Positions 18,102 to 27,835 of a stretch of DNA of 64,000 nt are shown piece after piece. A program made the position numbers and the translations under genes. This DNA comes from an uncultured Gammaproteobacteria bacterium (lineage in GTDB: Bacteria > Patescibacteriota > Microgenomatia > UBA8517). Under the pieces are notes generated by a model. It did no database searches. It was given only the letters and a program-made list of their open reading frames with translations, and was not told the origin of the DNA. Numbering within the stretch: position 1 is the first letter of the stretch; each line of letters opens with the position of its first letter. The stretch lies in NCBI GenBank assembly GCA_964430475.1, contig CAYSEQ010000001.1:92951-156950 (forward strand). The letters run 5' to 3'.

Positions 18102-19289
18102 TCACGAAATTTTTCTGAGGAATGCGGGTATTTCGAATTTCTCTCCAAAAATATCCTCTTCTTCAGGTATCTGGGTAGGTCTAGTTTCTTCTTTCTCTTT
18201 CTCTTCTTCTTCAATTTTATCTTCAGCTTCCTTCTTTTCTCCTTTGGGTTCCGGAGCTTCACTAACAACACCTTGAAAAGTTGGAGTATGAGAAAAGCTC
18301 GCAATTCTGGAGCGTGTTTCATCAAATCCTGTTGCAACGACGGTAATCCTTATTTGATCAGGCATGTCGTCTTTTATAACAGCACCAAAAATAATATTCG
18401 CATCTGCATCAGCTGCACTTGAAATTATTCTCGCAGCTTCGTCTACCTCGTACATAGTTAAATCTCTTCCACCAGCAATATTAAAAAGAACTCCTGTTGC
18501 ACCCTCGATAGACAAATCTAGCAGTGGAGAAGAAATTGCCGATCTTGCTGCCATTTGAGCTCTATTTTCGCCTACTCCTGTTCCTATGCCGAGAAGTGCT
18601 GTCCCGGCATCCTTCATTACTGTTTTTACATCCGCAAAATCTACATTAATAAGACCGGGAGTGGTGATTAACTCTGCTATCCCTAAAACAGCTTGTTCCA
18701 ATACAGAATCCGCTACTTTAAAAGCATCTAAAAGTGTCATTTTCCTATCAACCACATCCATAAGTCTCTGATTTGGAATTACAATAAGGGTATCAACCGC
18801 TTCTTTCAACTTTTCTATACCCTCTTCGGCGACCACACTTCGTCTCGTACCTTCAAAGGCAAACGGTTTTGTAACTATTGCTACAGTAAGTGCTCCAGCC
18901 TCTTTTGCAATTTGAGCAATAATTGGAGAGGCACCAGTTCCAGTTCCTCCTCCCATACCCGCTGTGATAAAAACCATATCTGAATCTACTAAAAACTCTT
19001 TTATCTTTTCTCTTGATTCCTCAGCAGCCTGAGCACCGATTAACGGATCCCCGCCTGACCCCAAACCTTTTGTCAACTTCTCACCAATCTGAAGTTTAGC
19101 AGGAGCTTTATTTAGAAGGAGAACTTGAGTATCTGTATTTATAGAAATAAATTCTACACCCTTAATCTCTCCATTCTCTACCATAGAGCTTACAGCATTA
19201 CCCCCACCACCTCCTACACCAACAACCTTTATTTTGGCAAGTCTCGCTGAATCTGGTTTAACAAGTGCCATACTTTCTATTTGCTCCAA
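18102..19289 (-). CDS. ftsZ: Cell division protein FtsZ
   Basis: The GVGGGGGNAV tubulin signature, NTDTQ and an acidic C-terminal linker followed by a C-terminal peptide. Confidence 0.95.
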   Translation of the reverse strand: MEQIESMALVKPDSARLAKIKVVGVGGGGGNAVSSMVENGEIKGVEFISINTDTQVLLLNKAPAKLQIGEKLTKGLGSGGDPLIGAQAAEESREKIKEFLVDSDMVFITAGMGGGTGTGASPIIAQIAKEAGALTVAIVTKPFAFEGTRRSVVAEEGIEKLKEAVDTLIVIPNQRLMDVVDRKMTLLDAFKVADSVLEQAVLGIAELITTPGLINVDFADVKTVMKDAGTALLGIGTGVGENRAQMAARSAISSPLLDLSIEGATGVLFNIAGGRDLTMYEVDEAARIISSAADADANIIFGAVIKDDMPDQIRITVVATGFDETRSRIASFSHTPTFQGVVSEAPEPKGEKKEAEDKIEEEEKEKEETRPTQIPEEEDIFGEKFEIPAFLRKIS

Positions 19290-19388
19290 CTACACTAAAC
19301 CATCACTAATAGTTATTAATATTCAGGGCTCTACTTGTGACAAAACAAGCATTACAAGTAATTACTTTCTTTTGTCTTTCAAATATAT

Positions 19389-20654
19389 TTAGGGCAGGAG
19401 ATTTTTTACAATATCAATAAATTTATTAAATACTCCCTTTGCGGGCAGTTTAAATCGTTTTGAGAAAAATGTCAACGGTTCTTCAACATCTCTTGATACT
19501 CCATATAAAATCAAACCTATAGGTGTAGCAAAGGACGGATTCATAATATCATCAATTAACCCACCTACACCTTGAGGATATCCTACTCTTACAGGAAGAG
19601 ATAACATTCTCTTGGCAGAATCAACTACGCCTATAGTCTCTGCCCCACCCCCTGTAAGGATTGCCCCTGCAGGAACCTGGTTTGCTAGACCCTCCCTTTC
19701 CAAAGATAGTCTAACCATAGTAAAAATTTCGTTAAGTCTGGGCCTTATTATTCCCTCACTTAGTGTCTTTTTTGAAACCTTTTTCGACTCATCAACGCCC
19801 AAAGAACCTAAATCAAATTCATCGTCGGTATCTTTTTTCTTAAGTTTTTTTTGAGATTCTGACAATGCAAGTTTTATTTTCTCTGCTGTTTCTAGAGAAA
19901 CCCTCAAACCTATAGCTAAATCATTTGTCACATTTTTTGCTCCAATAGGTAAGACTCGCGAATATGTTAGTTCTCCTTCTGAGAAAACAGAAATGGTGGT
20001 CGTACCACCACCAATATCAATAAGTACACATCCGAGTTCTTTCTCCGTTTTAGTCAAGACAGCTTTTGAGGCGGCGAGGCCTGAAAAAACAAGTTCAATC
20101 GGGTTAATACCAACTTCATTAACTAATTTTTTCAAATTTTTGACAGCGGCAGACGAAGAAGTAACAAGGTGTGTCTCAACTTCAAGTCTCACTCCACTCA
20201 TTCCAATAGGATCTTTAATTCCCCCTTCGCCGTCTACGGTAAACTCTCTAGGAAGAACATGGATTAACTCACGCGACGAAGGAAGTGAAATGGCAGACGC
20301 AGCCTCAACAACTCTTTCTACATCTTCAACATTAATTTCTCCATTTGGTGAGGAGACCGCAACGACTCCATGAGAATTTTGGGAACTTACACTTGCTCCT
20401 CCAATAGCGATAAAAGCCTCATTGAGATTGTATCCTGCCATTCTTTCAGCTTGTTCTACGCTAGAAACCAACGCCTCAACAGCCTCTTCTATATCTACAA
20501 TCTGTCCCTTTTTAATTCCACGAGATTCAACTGATGAAACACCAATAACATTAATCAAATTTTCAAGATTAGCCTCATCAGTCACCGCCTGAGCAATAAT
20601 TGTTACAATTTTAGAAGAGCCAAGTTCTATTCCTGAAATTATTTTTCCTCTCAT
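19389..20654 (-). CDS. ftsA: Cell division protein FtsA
   Basis: Actin-like ATPase motifs (IELGSSKIV, DIGGGTT) and its position upstream of ftsZ. Confidence 0.85.
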   Translation of the reverse strand: MRGKIISGIELGSSKIVTIIAQAVTDEANLENLINVIGVSSVESRGIKKGQIVDIEEAVEALVSSVEQAERMAGYNLNEAFIAIGGASVSSQNSHGVVAVSSPNGEINVEDVERVVEAASAISLPSSRELIHVLPREFTVDGEGGIKDPIGMSGVRLEVETHLVTSSSAAVKNLKKLVNEVGINPIELVFSGLAASKAVLTKTEKELGCVLIDIGGGTTTISVFSEGELTYSRVLPIGAKNVTNDLAIGLRVSLETAEKIKLALSESQKKLKKKDTDDEFDLGSLGVDESKKVSKKTLSEGIIRPRLNEIFTMVRLSLEREGLANQVPAGAILTGGGAETIGVVDSAKRMLSLPVRVGYPQGVGGLIDDIMNPSFATPIGLILYGVSRDVEEPLTFFSKRFKLPAKGVFNKFIDIVKNLLP

Positions 20655-20671
20655 CTTTAATTTAAAAAATT

Positions 20672-21373
20672 TTATCCTGTCCTTAACACAGGGTTTTCAA
20701 ATCTCAAATCAATTTCGAGGTCTTTATAATCTTTAATTTTAAAGTCAAAATCTTCTTTATTCAACTGACTATAAATTAAGACGAACTTTCCCAACAAATA
20801 ATCTAAATCACCCTCTAATGGGAATATTACCCTTGGGCCATCTTGGAGTTCAATAAGCAAAAAGTTTTCCTCCTTTGTTGACGAAAGTACCTGATACTGG
20901 CTTGAGAGTAAGGAAGTTATTTTCAAAGCAAAAAGAGTCTCCTCATCCACTTTGCCACCATAAGAAGGCACATTATCGACTATAGTAACAATATTGGGAA
21001 AATCCTGGGTTGACTCCATTAGAACGAACCCTTCGTTAGAAATAAAATAAGTCTTATTGGAAAACCTAGACTTCAATGTAAATTTGGGTCTCCTCTCAGA
21101 AACATTCACATTAAGCCTGTTGGGAAGCTGAAAGTGCAAACTGAAATCTTTGACTAATGTGTCGTTTTTTAAAAGTCTAACTATCTCACTTCTGGCTTTG
21201 CTTAAACTTTTTCCTCTCAAAATTTTTAACTTTTCTTCCAAGAATTGACTGCAGGGTTCATCTTGATTCTTACAGACTATTTCATCAACCAAGATGTAAT
21301 GTGGAAGAACAAAAAGGGAAGCGAGTAAAAATATAATTGCTAAAAATACTGTGAAAAATTTTATCCTATTCAT
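20672..21373 (-). CDS. ftsQ: FtsQ/DivIB-like division protein (N-terminal TM plus POTRA-like domain)
   Basis: A bitopic 233-aa protein at the canonical position between murG and ftsA. Sequence similarity is weak. Confidence 0.45.
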   Translation of the reverse strand: MNRIKFFTVFLAIIFLLASLFVLPHYILVDEIVCKNQDEPCSQFLEEKLKILRGKSLSKARSEIVRLLKNDTLVKDFSLHFQLPNRLNVNVSERRPKFTLKSRFSNKTYFISNEGFVLMESTQDFPNIVTIVDNVPSYGGKVDEETLFALKITSLLSSQYQVLSSTKEENFLLIELQDGPRVIFPLEGDLDYLLGKFVLIYSQLNKEDFDFKIKDYKDLEIDLRFENPVLRTG

Positions 21374-22482
21374 TTTATAAGATTTTCTATTTCTAGAACT
21401 AACTTCTCACGCGCTTTGATATCAGGATTACGATTTTTCTTCAATCCTTTTGCAATTTTCTTCCAATTATTTTTTAAAAAAATTACTTCAGAAATCAGAC
21501 TCTTAGGAGTTAATTCATCTTGATGTATTATTCTTGATCCAGCGTATCTTTTCGCGAAGGATGCATTTTTTTCTTGTTCTTGAAGATATGAAAAGGGTAT
21601 TGGGACTAATATAGATGGTTTGAACGAAGCAACAATCTTAGAAACGGTATTAGCTCCAGCCCTTGAAATAACAATGGAGGCTGAATTAAAAATTTTTGCG
21701 TATTTATCAGGGCTTACTGTACCAAAAACCCAATATCTTCTTTTTAACTTCTTATCCAAGCTCTCTTTTATCTTTTTAAACTTTTCTTCCTCTTTTAGGC
21801 CTGTCAAATGAATTACCTTACCTATTGACAACAACCTTTCTAGGCTTTTCTCAACAACTTCATTTAAAAAAAGACTTCCTGACTGGCCTCCTGTAACCAA
21901 AATTAGTGGTTCTTTAGGAATATTTTTAAGTATTTTAGGCTTAAAAATAGTGTAGTCAATTGGATTACCAGTTAAAACTGTCTTTCCTCTGGGAAAGTAT
22001 TTCTTACTTGAAATTCTTGAGATGGCAACTTTCTTTGCAAAAATTGCTCCGAAACGATTTGCTATTCCCGCAACAGACACTTGTTCGTGAATTAAAATCG
22101 GAATTCTTAAAAAAAATCCCGCGATAACCACAGGAATTGAACTAGAACCACCAAAAGAAACAATAATATGAGGTTTTATTTTTAAAAGAAGAAAAAAAGC
22201 CTGCAGTAAACCTACTGGAATTTTCAAAAGTGACGGTATTGTCCAGAGCGTAAAAGTTCTCTGAAGACGACCAGAAATTAAGCCATATGTTTTAATACCA
22301 TATTTAGGAAAATAAAGAATTGGCAAAGTTGGAATATTTTCTCCTTCAATAGAGCTTTTAAATCCTATCCAGTAAAAATCCCAATTCTTTTTTCTCTTTC
22401 TTGCTTCTTTAAATACTTCAAAGGCTGTTGAAGCTGCGTGACCTCCAGTTAAAACAATTTTTTTATTTCTAAGGTTAGACAT
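21370..22482 (-). CDS. murG: MurG, undecaprenyldiphospho-muramoylpentapeptide beta-N-acetylglucosaminyltransferase
   Basis: The N-terminus IVLTGGHAAS, the GT28 fold and its position after ftsW. Confidence 0.75.
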   Translation of the reverse strand: MSNLRNKKIVLTGGHAASTAFEVFKEARKRKKNWDFYWIGFKSSIEGENIPTLPILYFPKYGIKTYGLISGRLQRTFTLWTIPSLLKIPVGLLQAFFLLLKIKPHIIVSFGGSSSIPVVIAGFFLRIPILIHEQVSVAGIANRFGAIFAKKVAISRISSKKYFPRGKTVLTGNPIDYTIFKPKILKNIPKEPLILVTGGQSGSLFLNEVVEKSLERLLSIGKVIHLTGLKEEEKFKKIKESLDKKLKRRYWVFGTVSPDKYAKIFNSASIVISRAGANTVSKIVASFKPSILVPIPFSYLQEQEKNASFAKRYAGSRIIHQDELTPKSLISEVIFLKNNWKKIAKGLKKNRNPDIKAREKLVLEIENLIK

Positions 22483-23578
22483 TTTTAGAGTATCTATCGA
22501 TACTTAAAAGTATTCCACAACCAAGCATTAAAGTAATGAGAGATGAACCTCCGTAAGAAATAAAAGGCAGTGGGACTCCTGTTAGAGGAACAAGTGCAAC
22601 CATTGAACCTAAATTTAATATAGTCTGAAGTCCTAAGGCTGAAACGATACCCGCTGATAAAACTTTTGAAAATTGGTCTCTGGAATTTTTTACTACATCA
22701 ACACATATAAGTATAAAATAAAGGTATAAACAAATAAGGACGATAGAACCAATAAACCCGGTTTCTTCCGCAACAATCGCAAAAATAGAATCTGTAGCAG
22801 TTTCTGGCAAAAAAAGATGTTTCTGTCTTGATTGACCAAGGCCAACCCCTAAAAAACCTCCTGATCCCAAGGCTAGTAGTATTTGTCTTATATGATAGGA
22901 ACCTCCTAAGGGATTTTTTATGGTTTCAACAAAACCTAAAAGTCGATCCCTTCTATACGGTGAAATCAAAATTAAGATGATACTTAAAAATGTCCCTAGT
23001 ATAAGACTAAAGGTAATCAACTTCTTACTCACTCCAGCAATAAACAATTGAATTAGACTCATTCCCACTATCAAAATGGTAGTACCTAAATCCGGTTGAA
23101 GCATTATCAAGAATGCCGAGATGACAATCGGTGGAAAGAATGCATATATTTTTTTCTTTTTATAACTAATTTTGGCCAAGAAACTTGCAAGTGAAATTTT
23201 AAGGAATTCAGATGGCTGAATCGAAAAATCCCCAAGAAAAATCCAACGTTTTGCACCCAATAACTCTTTACCTAAACCCGGAAGAAGCACCAACACAAGA
23301 GTCACCAAAGAAAGGAAAAAAAGAGGAACCGCAATTTTTTCCCAAAATAAATAGTGTACCTTGGAAAATACGAAAAGAAGAATGATTCCTATAAAGGCCC
23401 ATAAAACTTGTTGTTTGACAAAATAAAACTTATCGGAAAACTGCCTTTGTGCAAGGGGAGCTGAAACATCAGCAATCGCAACCAGTCCTAAAACTGTTAA
23501 AAGGATTAAGACAATTAAAATCCTATTTCCAATTAAGTTATTTTTATATTTAAATTTTTTAAATAATTGGCGTTGCAC
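22475..23578 (-). CDS. ftsW: FtsW (SEDS family)
   Basis: RQKHLFLPETATDSIFA and PLTGVPLPFISYGGSS. Confidence 0.85.
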   Translation of the reverse strand: MQRQLFKKFKYKNNLIGNRILIVLILLTVLGLVAIADVSAPLAQRQFSDKFYFVKQQVLWAFIGIILLFVFSKVHYLFWEKIAVPLFFLSLVTLVLVLLPGLGKELLGAKRWIFLGDFSIQPSEFLKISLASFLAKISYKKKKIYAFFPPIVISAFLIMLQPDLGTTILIVGMSLIQLFIAGVSKKLITFSLILGTFLSIILILISPYRRDRLLGFVETIKNPLGGSYHIRQILLALGSGGFLGVGLGQSRQKHLFLPETATDSIFAIVAEETGFIGSIVLICLYLYFILICVDVVKNSRDQFSKVLSAGIVSALGLQTILNLGSMVALVPLTGVPLPFISYGGSSLITLMLGCGILLSIDRYSKNV

Positions 23579-23581
23579 CTT

Positions 23582-24637
23582 TTAGATTACACTAAGCCAC
23601 AAACCAAATATGGCAAGCATTAAACCAGCAAGCCAGGCTCGTGTAACAATTTTAGGTTCCTCCCACCCTTTAGCAAGAAACGCATGATGAATAGGGGCTA
23701 GTGGAAAAATAGGGCGCTTAAGAATCCTCCATCCAAAAATTTGAATTGCTGAACTCACAAGTTCTATAACAAATAATCCGGCTATTACAAAAAGTGCAAT
23801 CACGCTCCCAGTCAACAGACCAATCACAGCAAGCATTGCACCAAATGAAAGCGCACCCGCATCACCTAAAAAAATCCTTGCAGGCCATACATTAAAGTAA
23901 AGAAATGAAATCAAGGATCCTAACCAAAGAGTTATAAAAAGGGAAAGTGGGGTATCTAAATTTGACCAGGCAATTGCAGCAAAAGCAAATAAACAAATAA
24001 CTAATAATCCTGTAGCCAGTCCGTCCAGACCATCGGTAATATTAAACGCATTGCTAAAAAGGACAATAATGAACGAAGATATTGGAATATACCAAAAACC
24101 AAAATCTATAGTTTTATTAAAAAATGGGATATGAATTATATCAATACCCAACTTTTTATAAAGAGTTACACCTATAACAATTGCAATAATCCATTCGAGT
24201 ATAAACTTTTGTCTTCTCCCCAAACCAAACCATTGACCTAAATTACCTTTGGTTGGTTTACCAAAAATTTTTAAAAGGTCATCAGAAAGACCTAAAAGTC
24301 CGAAAGATAAGAATGTAAAAAAAATTACGAAAAGTTCTGATTTAAAATCATATGAACTTCTTATGTAAACGCCCATTCTTGCAGCAAACGGAAAAAGAAA
24401 TGCAAAAGATAGTGACACAAAGCAAATTATCAAAATTCCACCTCCAACTGGCGTTCCCGCCTTAACATCGTGTAACTTGTCAAAAAGGGGTACCTTTCCT
24501 TTCTTGGGCGCTTCTTTTTTTCTAACTAATCTTAGTTTGTAAAGAATATCAATAAATGGGATGATTAAGAGGCTACTTATTATAAAAGAAAATATTATTA
24601 AACCCAAAGCTAAGGGCAGTATATTTGGCGAACTCAT
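23582..24637 (-). CDS. mraY: Phospho-N-acetylmuramoyl-pentapeptide transferase MraY
   Basis: NAFNITDGLDGLATG is the MraY/GPT family signature. Confidence 0.9.
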   Translation of the reverse strand: MSSPNILPLALGLIIFSFIISSLLIIPFIDILYKLRLVRKKEAPKKGKVPLFDKLHDVKAGTPVGGGILIICFVSLSFAFLFPFAARMGVYIRSSYDFKSELFVIFFTFLSFGLLGLSDDLLKIFGKPTKGNLGQWFGLGRRQKFILEWIIAIVIGVTLYKKLGIDIIHIPFFNKTIDFGFWYIPISSFIIVLFSNAFNITDGLDGLATGLLVICLFAFAAIAWSNLDTPLSLFITLWLGSLISFLYFNVWPARIFLGDAGALSFGAMLAVIGLLTGSVIALFVIAGLFVIELVSSAIQIFGWRILKRPIFPLAPIHHAFLAKGWEEPKIVTRAWLAGLMLAIFGLWLSVI

Positions 24638-24704
24638 AAAAATCTCTCAAACATTAAAACTTATATTAGCAAAAGTATTATAACAAAATATTTATAATAA
24701 AACT

Positions 24705-25505
24705 TTAATGATTTTTCAGCAAATAATTTCCCCGCTCTAAAATAATCTTAAACCCCTTTTTCCTTAAATTACTCATATGTGTCCTGACTGCGGAGTAAGA
24801 AGCATAACCCGCCCATATAAGATTTTTGATATCATGGATATTCAAAGATTTTTCTTCTCCAAAAAGTTCCAAGATTCGCCTTTCGGTCGGAGTAAGGTGA
24901 ATATCATCTTCAGGCAAAAAAACATATCCCAAGCCTCTTCTATTAACTATAATCTTTGGATTTTCAGGATCCTCTTCAATCTTTCTCCTTATATAATGTA
25001 TCGTGACTCTAACCTTGCTATCAACATTTTCAGAATCGCCCCAAACTTTTCCTAATTCTCTTACTGCTACCATACCTCCTTTTTTTTGTACAAGTAACAT
25101 CAAAACTTGAAACTCTCTTGGGCTTAATTCTACCCTACCTTTTATTGGAAGTTCTATTGATCTATCTTGCTCGCGTATTGAAATCTCCCCAAATTTCCAA
25201 GTTACTTCTGGTTGTGAATTTCTCTCCTTAAGACAATAACCAGTACCCCTGATATTTAAAATCTTTAAGCCTTTTCTTCGTATTTTATGAATAATAAACC
25301 TAACATTTGAATAACTTCCAAATTTTTCTTCAAGATCAGCGTATGGAACAATTCCTTCTGCATTTTCAAGCATTTCTAAAAGTTGTGACTCTCTAGGAGT
25401 TAAATGAGGGGTTCCCTCACTTTCATTTAGGTTCTTACCAAAATTTTCCTTAAATTTTTCTGAAGGAAGATCTCCTTGTTGAGACTCGAATTCAGGAATT
25501 GCCAT
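24705..25505 (-). CDS. Protein made of three tandem OmpR/PhoB-type winged-helix (trans_reg_C) DNA-binding domains with no receiver domain
   Basis: Three repeats each end in the OmpR wing motif: ...LTPRESQLLEML...IRGTGYCL; ...LSPREFQVLMLL...NRRGLGYVFL; ...LTPTERRILELF...LERGNYLL. Confidence 0.6.
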   Translation of the reverse strand: MAIPEFESQQGDLPSEKFKENFGKNLNESEGTPHLTPRESQLLEMLENAEGIVPYADLEEKFGSYSNVRFIIHKIRRKGLKILNIRGTGYCLKERNSQPEVTWKFGEISIREQDRSIELPIKGRVELSPREFQVLMLLVQKKGGMVAVRELGKVWGDSENVDSKVRVTIHYIRRKIEEDPENPKIIVNRRGLGYVFLPEDDIHLTPTERRILELFGEEKSLNIHDIKNLIWAGYASYSAVRTHMSNLRKKGFKIILERGNYLLKNH

Positions 25506-25537
25506 TTGCGCCTATAATATAATATAAAATTAAATTT

Positions 25538-26560
25538 TTAAAGTCCCCGATAAATTCTTCTTGCTGTTTCAAAAATAAAAGTCGCCCAATATAAGGGACT
25601 TATGATAAGATCGTGAGCGTGAAGCCAATCTACTCTTTGACCACCAAAACCTTTTTTAAAAACACTCACCCCAAAAAATCTGTGTTTGGGATTGTCGTTG
25701 GGTGCAATCCCCCAGAAATCATAATAATGAATACCTTTACTTTTTAGATATTTAATAATTTGCCATTGTGTAAAATACGAAGCATTGGTGTTTCTTGCAC
25801 TATCAGAAGAAGCACTGTGGTGGTAGAAAGCCTTTTCGCCATAAAAAATTATTAATGCGGAAACTAACTGTTCACCATTTCTTTCGCATATAAAAAGTTT
25901 AGCCTGATCTTCCTTCCCAAACACTTCCAACTGTGCCTTAAAAAGTTCTTCCGAAAATCCCACAAATCTATGCCTTCTGATAGTTTCTTCCTGTAATCTA
26001 TAAAGAACTTTAGCATCGTCTGGATTATCCGAAATCTTAATCGTATAACCTTCAGTAAGACTTTTCTTTATCAAATATCGAGTCGTTTTTCGCATTCCTT
26101 TTAGTATCTCCTCCTCACTTTCTCCAATATCCAAAACAAGGGTATGTTCTCCATGAAGATGCATGGGTGCAGAAATAAAACCAAGCTTTCTTAGTCTATT
26201 TTTTAATTGCTCAGAATCTGCAACATCCGGTCTTATCCTAACAAACCAAACCCTATAATCCTGGGCAATCTTTTTAATCGAATTTACAACAAACTTGTAA
26301 AGATTTTCATTCTCATAATCAATTACAGGTCCACCGGGAATCAAAAAATGTGGTCCTCTCTTAGCTGGCTGATGAATAAGCAGAAATAGTCCGACTAAAC
26401 GGTTTTTTTCGTAAACACCCATTCTTTTTATTTTTAAACCAACCCGTTTGTTTACTTCGCCCCAGTTCCAAGATTGAAGAAAAGTTCCAGGTTTTCTAGG
26501 AAGTAAAAATCCCTCCCATTCTCTCTTATCAGTAATTTCCTTAATTTCGTAATTTGGCAT
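25538..26560 (-). CDS. FemAB/FemX-family aminoacyl-tRNA-dependent peptidoglycan aminoacyltransferase
   Basis: FLQSWNWGEV and YYDFWGIAP are FemABX signatures. The length (340 aa) is FemX-like, without the coiled-coil insert. Confidence 0.7.
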   Translation of the reverse strand: MPNYEIKEITDKREWEGFLLPRKPGTFLQSWNWGEVNKRVGLKIKRMGVYEKNRLVGLFLLIHQPAKRGPHFLIPGGPVIDYENENLYKFVVNSIKKIAQDYRVWFVRIRPDVADSEQLKNRLRKLGFISAPMHLHGEHTLVLDIGESEEEILKGMRKTTRYLIKKSLTEGYTIKISDNPDDAKVLYRLQEETIRRHRFVGFSEELFKAQLEVFGKEDQAKLFICERNGEQLVSALIIFYGEKAFYHHSASSDSARNTNASYFTQWQIIKYLKSKGIHYYDFWGIAPNDNPKHRFFGVSVFKKGFGGQRVDWLHAHDLIISPLYWATFIFETARRIYRGL

Positions 26561-26578
26561 TAATATATAACAATTATT

Positions 26579-27835
26579 TTACAGAGATTTAACACAAATT
26601 TTTAGTAAGCGAGTAACATACAAGGCTTTTTCTTTACTCATTGCTTGATAAGTCGGTAAATTTAAAATTTTTCCGGCTAAGCTCTCGGCACGGGGACAGA
26701 AACCAACTCTATAATTTACAACTGCTAGATCTTTTACTGGAACTATAACGTCTTTGTACCAATCTCCGAGTAAAATCCCTTTCTTTTTCATGCATTCTAT
26801 AATCCTAGGTGCATTTTGGTAAATCACAGGAAATCTCACCCAGACAGAACCCTCATCCCTGCGGGGAAGTTTAAACAAAGAAGTCTTGAGGCTCCTAAAA
26901 TATAAGTTTGCAATTTTTTTCCTCTTCTTATTAAACCTTTCAAGTTTGAAAAATTGATTGTGGGCAAGTTGAGCAAGAGCACCTGGAAATTTCGATGGAA
27001 AAATCTTAGGTCGTTTACCAAACTTCTCTTCTTTCAGGACAGCTTTTGATAGAAATCCTAATTTCTGAAGTATTAAAAGCACAATCTTTCCTAAAGTTAT
27101 ATTACCCAAGCCTAAATTCAAGAAGGGTAAAACTAATAAATTAATTAGTATAGGGTGCAAAAGTTGCTGAAAAACCCAAAGCCTAGGAGGATAATTCAAC
27201 TTATCTCTTTCTTTTTTGAGCTGTTGATAAAGATCTTTATCCTTTGTTAAAATCATTCCACCGAAGACGCTTGATATTACTTTATCCCTACCAAAGCTAA
27301 AAAAAGACACCTTACCAAAAGTACCTAGTAGTCTACCATTAAAACTTCCTCCTAAACACAAAGCGCAATCCTCCACTAGAGGGATTTTCTTTTCTTTTGA
27401 GAATTTTAATATCTCTTTCATATTGGCAGGGATACCAAATGTATGTTGAACAATTATTGTCTTCGTTTTTTCACTTACCTTTTCACGCATGTCTCGGATA
27501 TCCATATTGAAATTTTCATCCACATCTATATATAGAGGCTTTGCACCCAACCACAGTATAGCGTTCGGGACAGCAACACAAGTAAGCGCTTGCAAAGCTA
27601 CTTCATCATTCCCTTTCACGCCAAGTGCTTTTAAGATAAGATATAAAGCACTTCTACCACTATTCACTGCTAAAGCAAGATAACCTCTCCCAAATTTTCT
27701 TGCAAATATTTTTTCGAACTCTTCGGTCTTAGTTGAATCAAACCATAATTGGGGAGAAAATAAAAGCCTTAAAGCCAAAAAAATATCGTCTTTTTCAGTG
27801 TTCGGCGATAAGGCAATCGCAATAGGGTTTTCCAT
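26579..27835 (-). CDS. DegT/DnrJ/EryC1/StrS-family PLP-dependent sugar aminotransferase
   Basis: The N-terminal fold is GRGYLALAVNSGRSALYLILKALG...VEDCALCLGG...SFFSFGRDK, with a putative PLP Lys. Confidence 0.6.
   Translation of the reverse strand: MENPIAIALSPNTEKDDIFLALRLLFSPQLWFDSTKTEEFEKIFARKFGRGYLALAVNSGRSALYLILKALGVKGNDEVALQALTCVAVPNAILWLGAKPLYIDVDENFNMDIRDMREKVSEKTKTIIVQHTFGIPANMKEILKFSKEKKIPLVEDCALCLGGSFNGRLLGTFGKVSFFSFGRDKVISSVFGGMILTKDKDLYQQLKKERDKLNYPPRLWVFQQLLHPILINLLVLPFLNLGLGNITLGKIVLLILQKLGFLSKAVLKEEKFGKRPKIFPSKFPGALAQLAHNQFFKLERFNKKRKKIANLYFRSLKTSLFKLPRRDEGSVWVRFPVIYQNAPRIIECMKKKGILLGDWYKDVIVPVKDLAVVNYRVGFCPRAESLAGKILNLPTYQAMSKEKALYVTRLLKICVKSL

Noticed and set aside
18038-18337. 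A 99-aa Lys/Arg-rich minus-strand ORF (KRKRKKK...), and the TC/GA-rich low-complexity DNA at about 18170-18260
   Set aside because: It lies in an alternative frame over the 3' end of ftsZ. The low-complexity DNA simply encodes FtsZ's acidic C-terminal linker (EEEKEKEE...). This is a frame artefact, not a gene or a repeat element.
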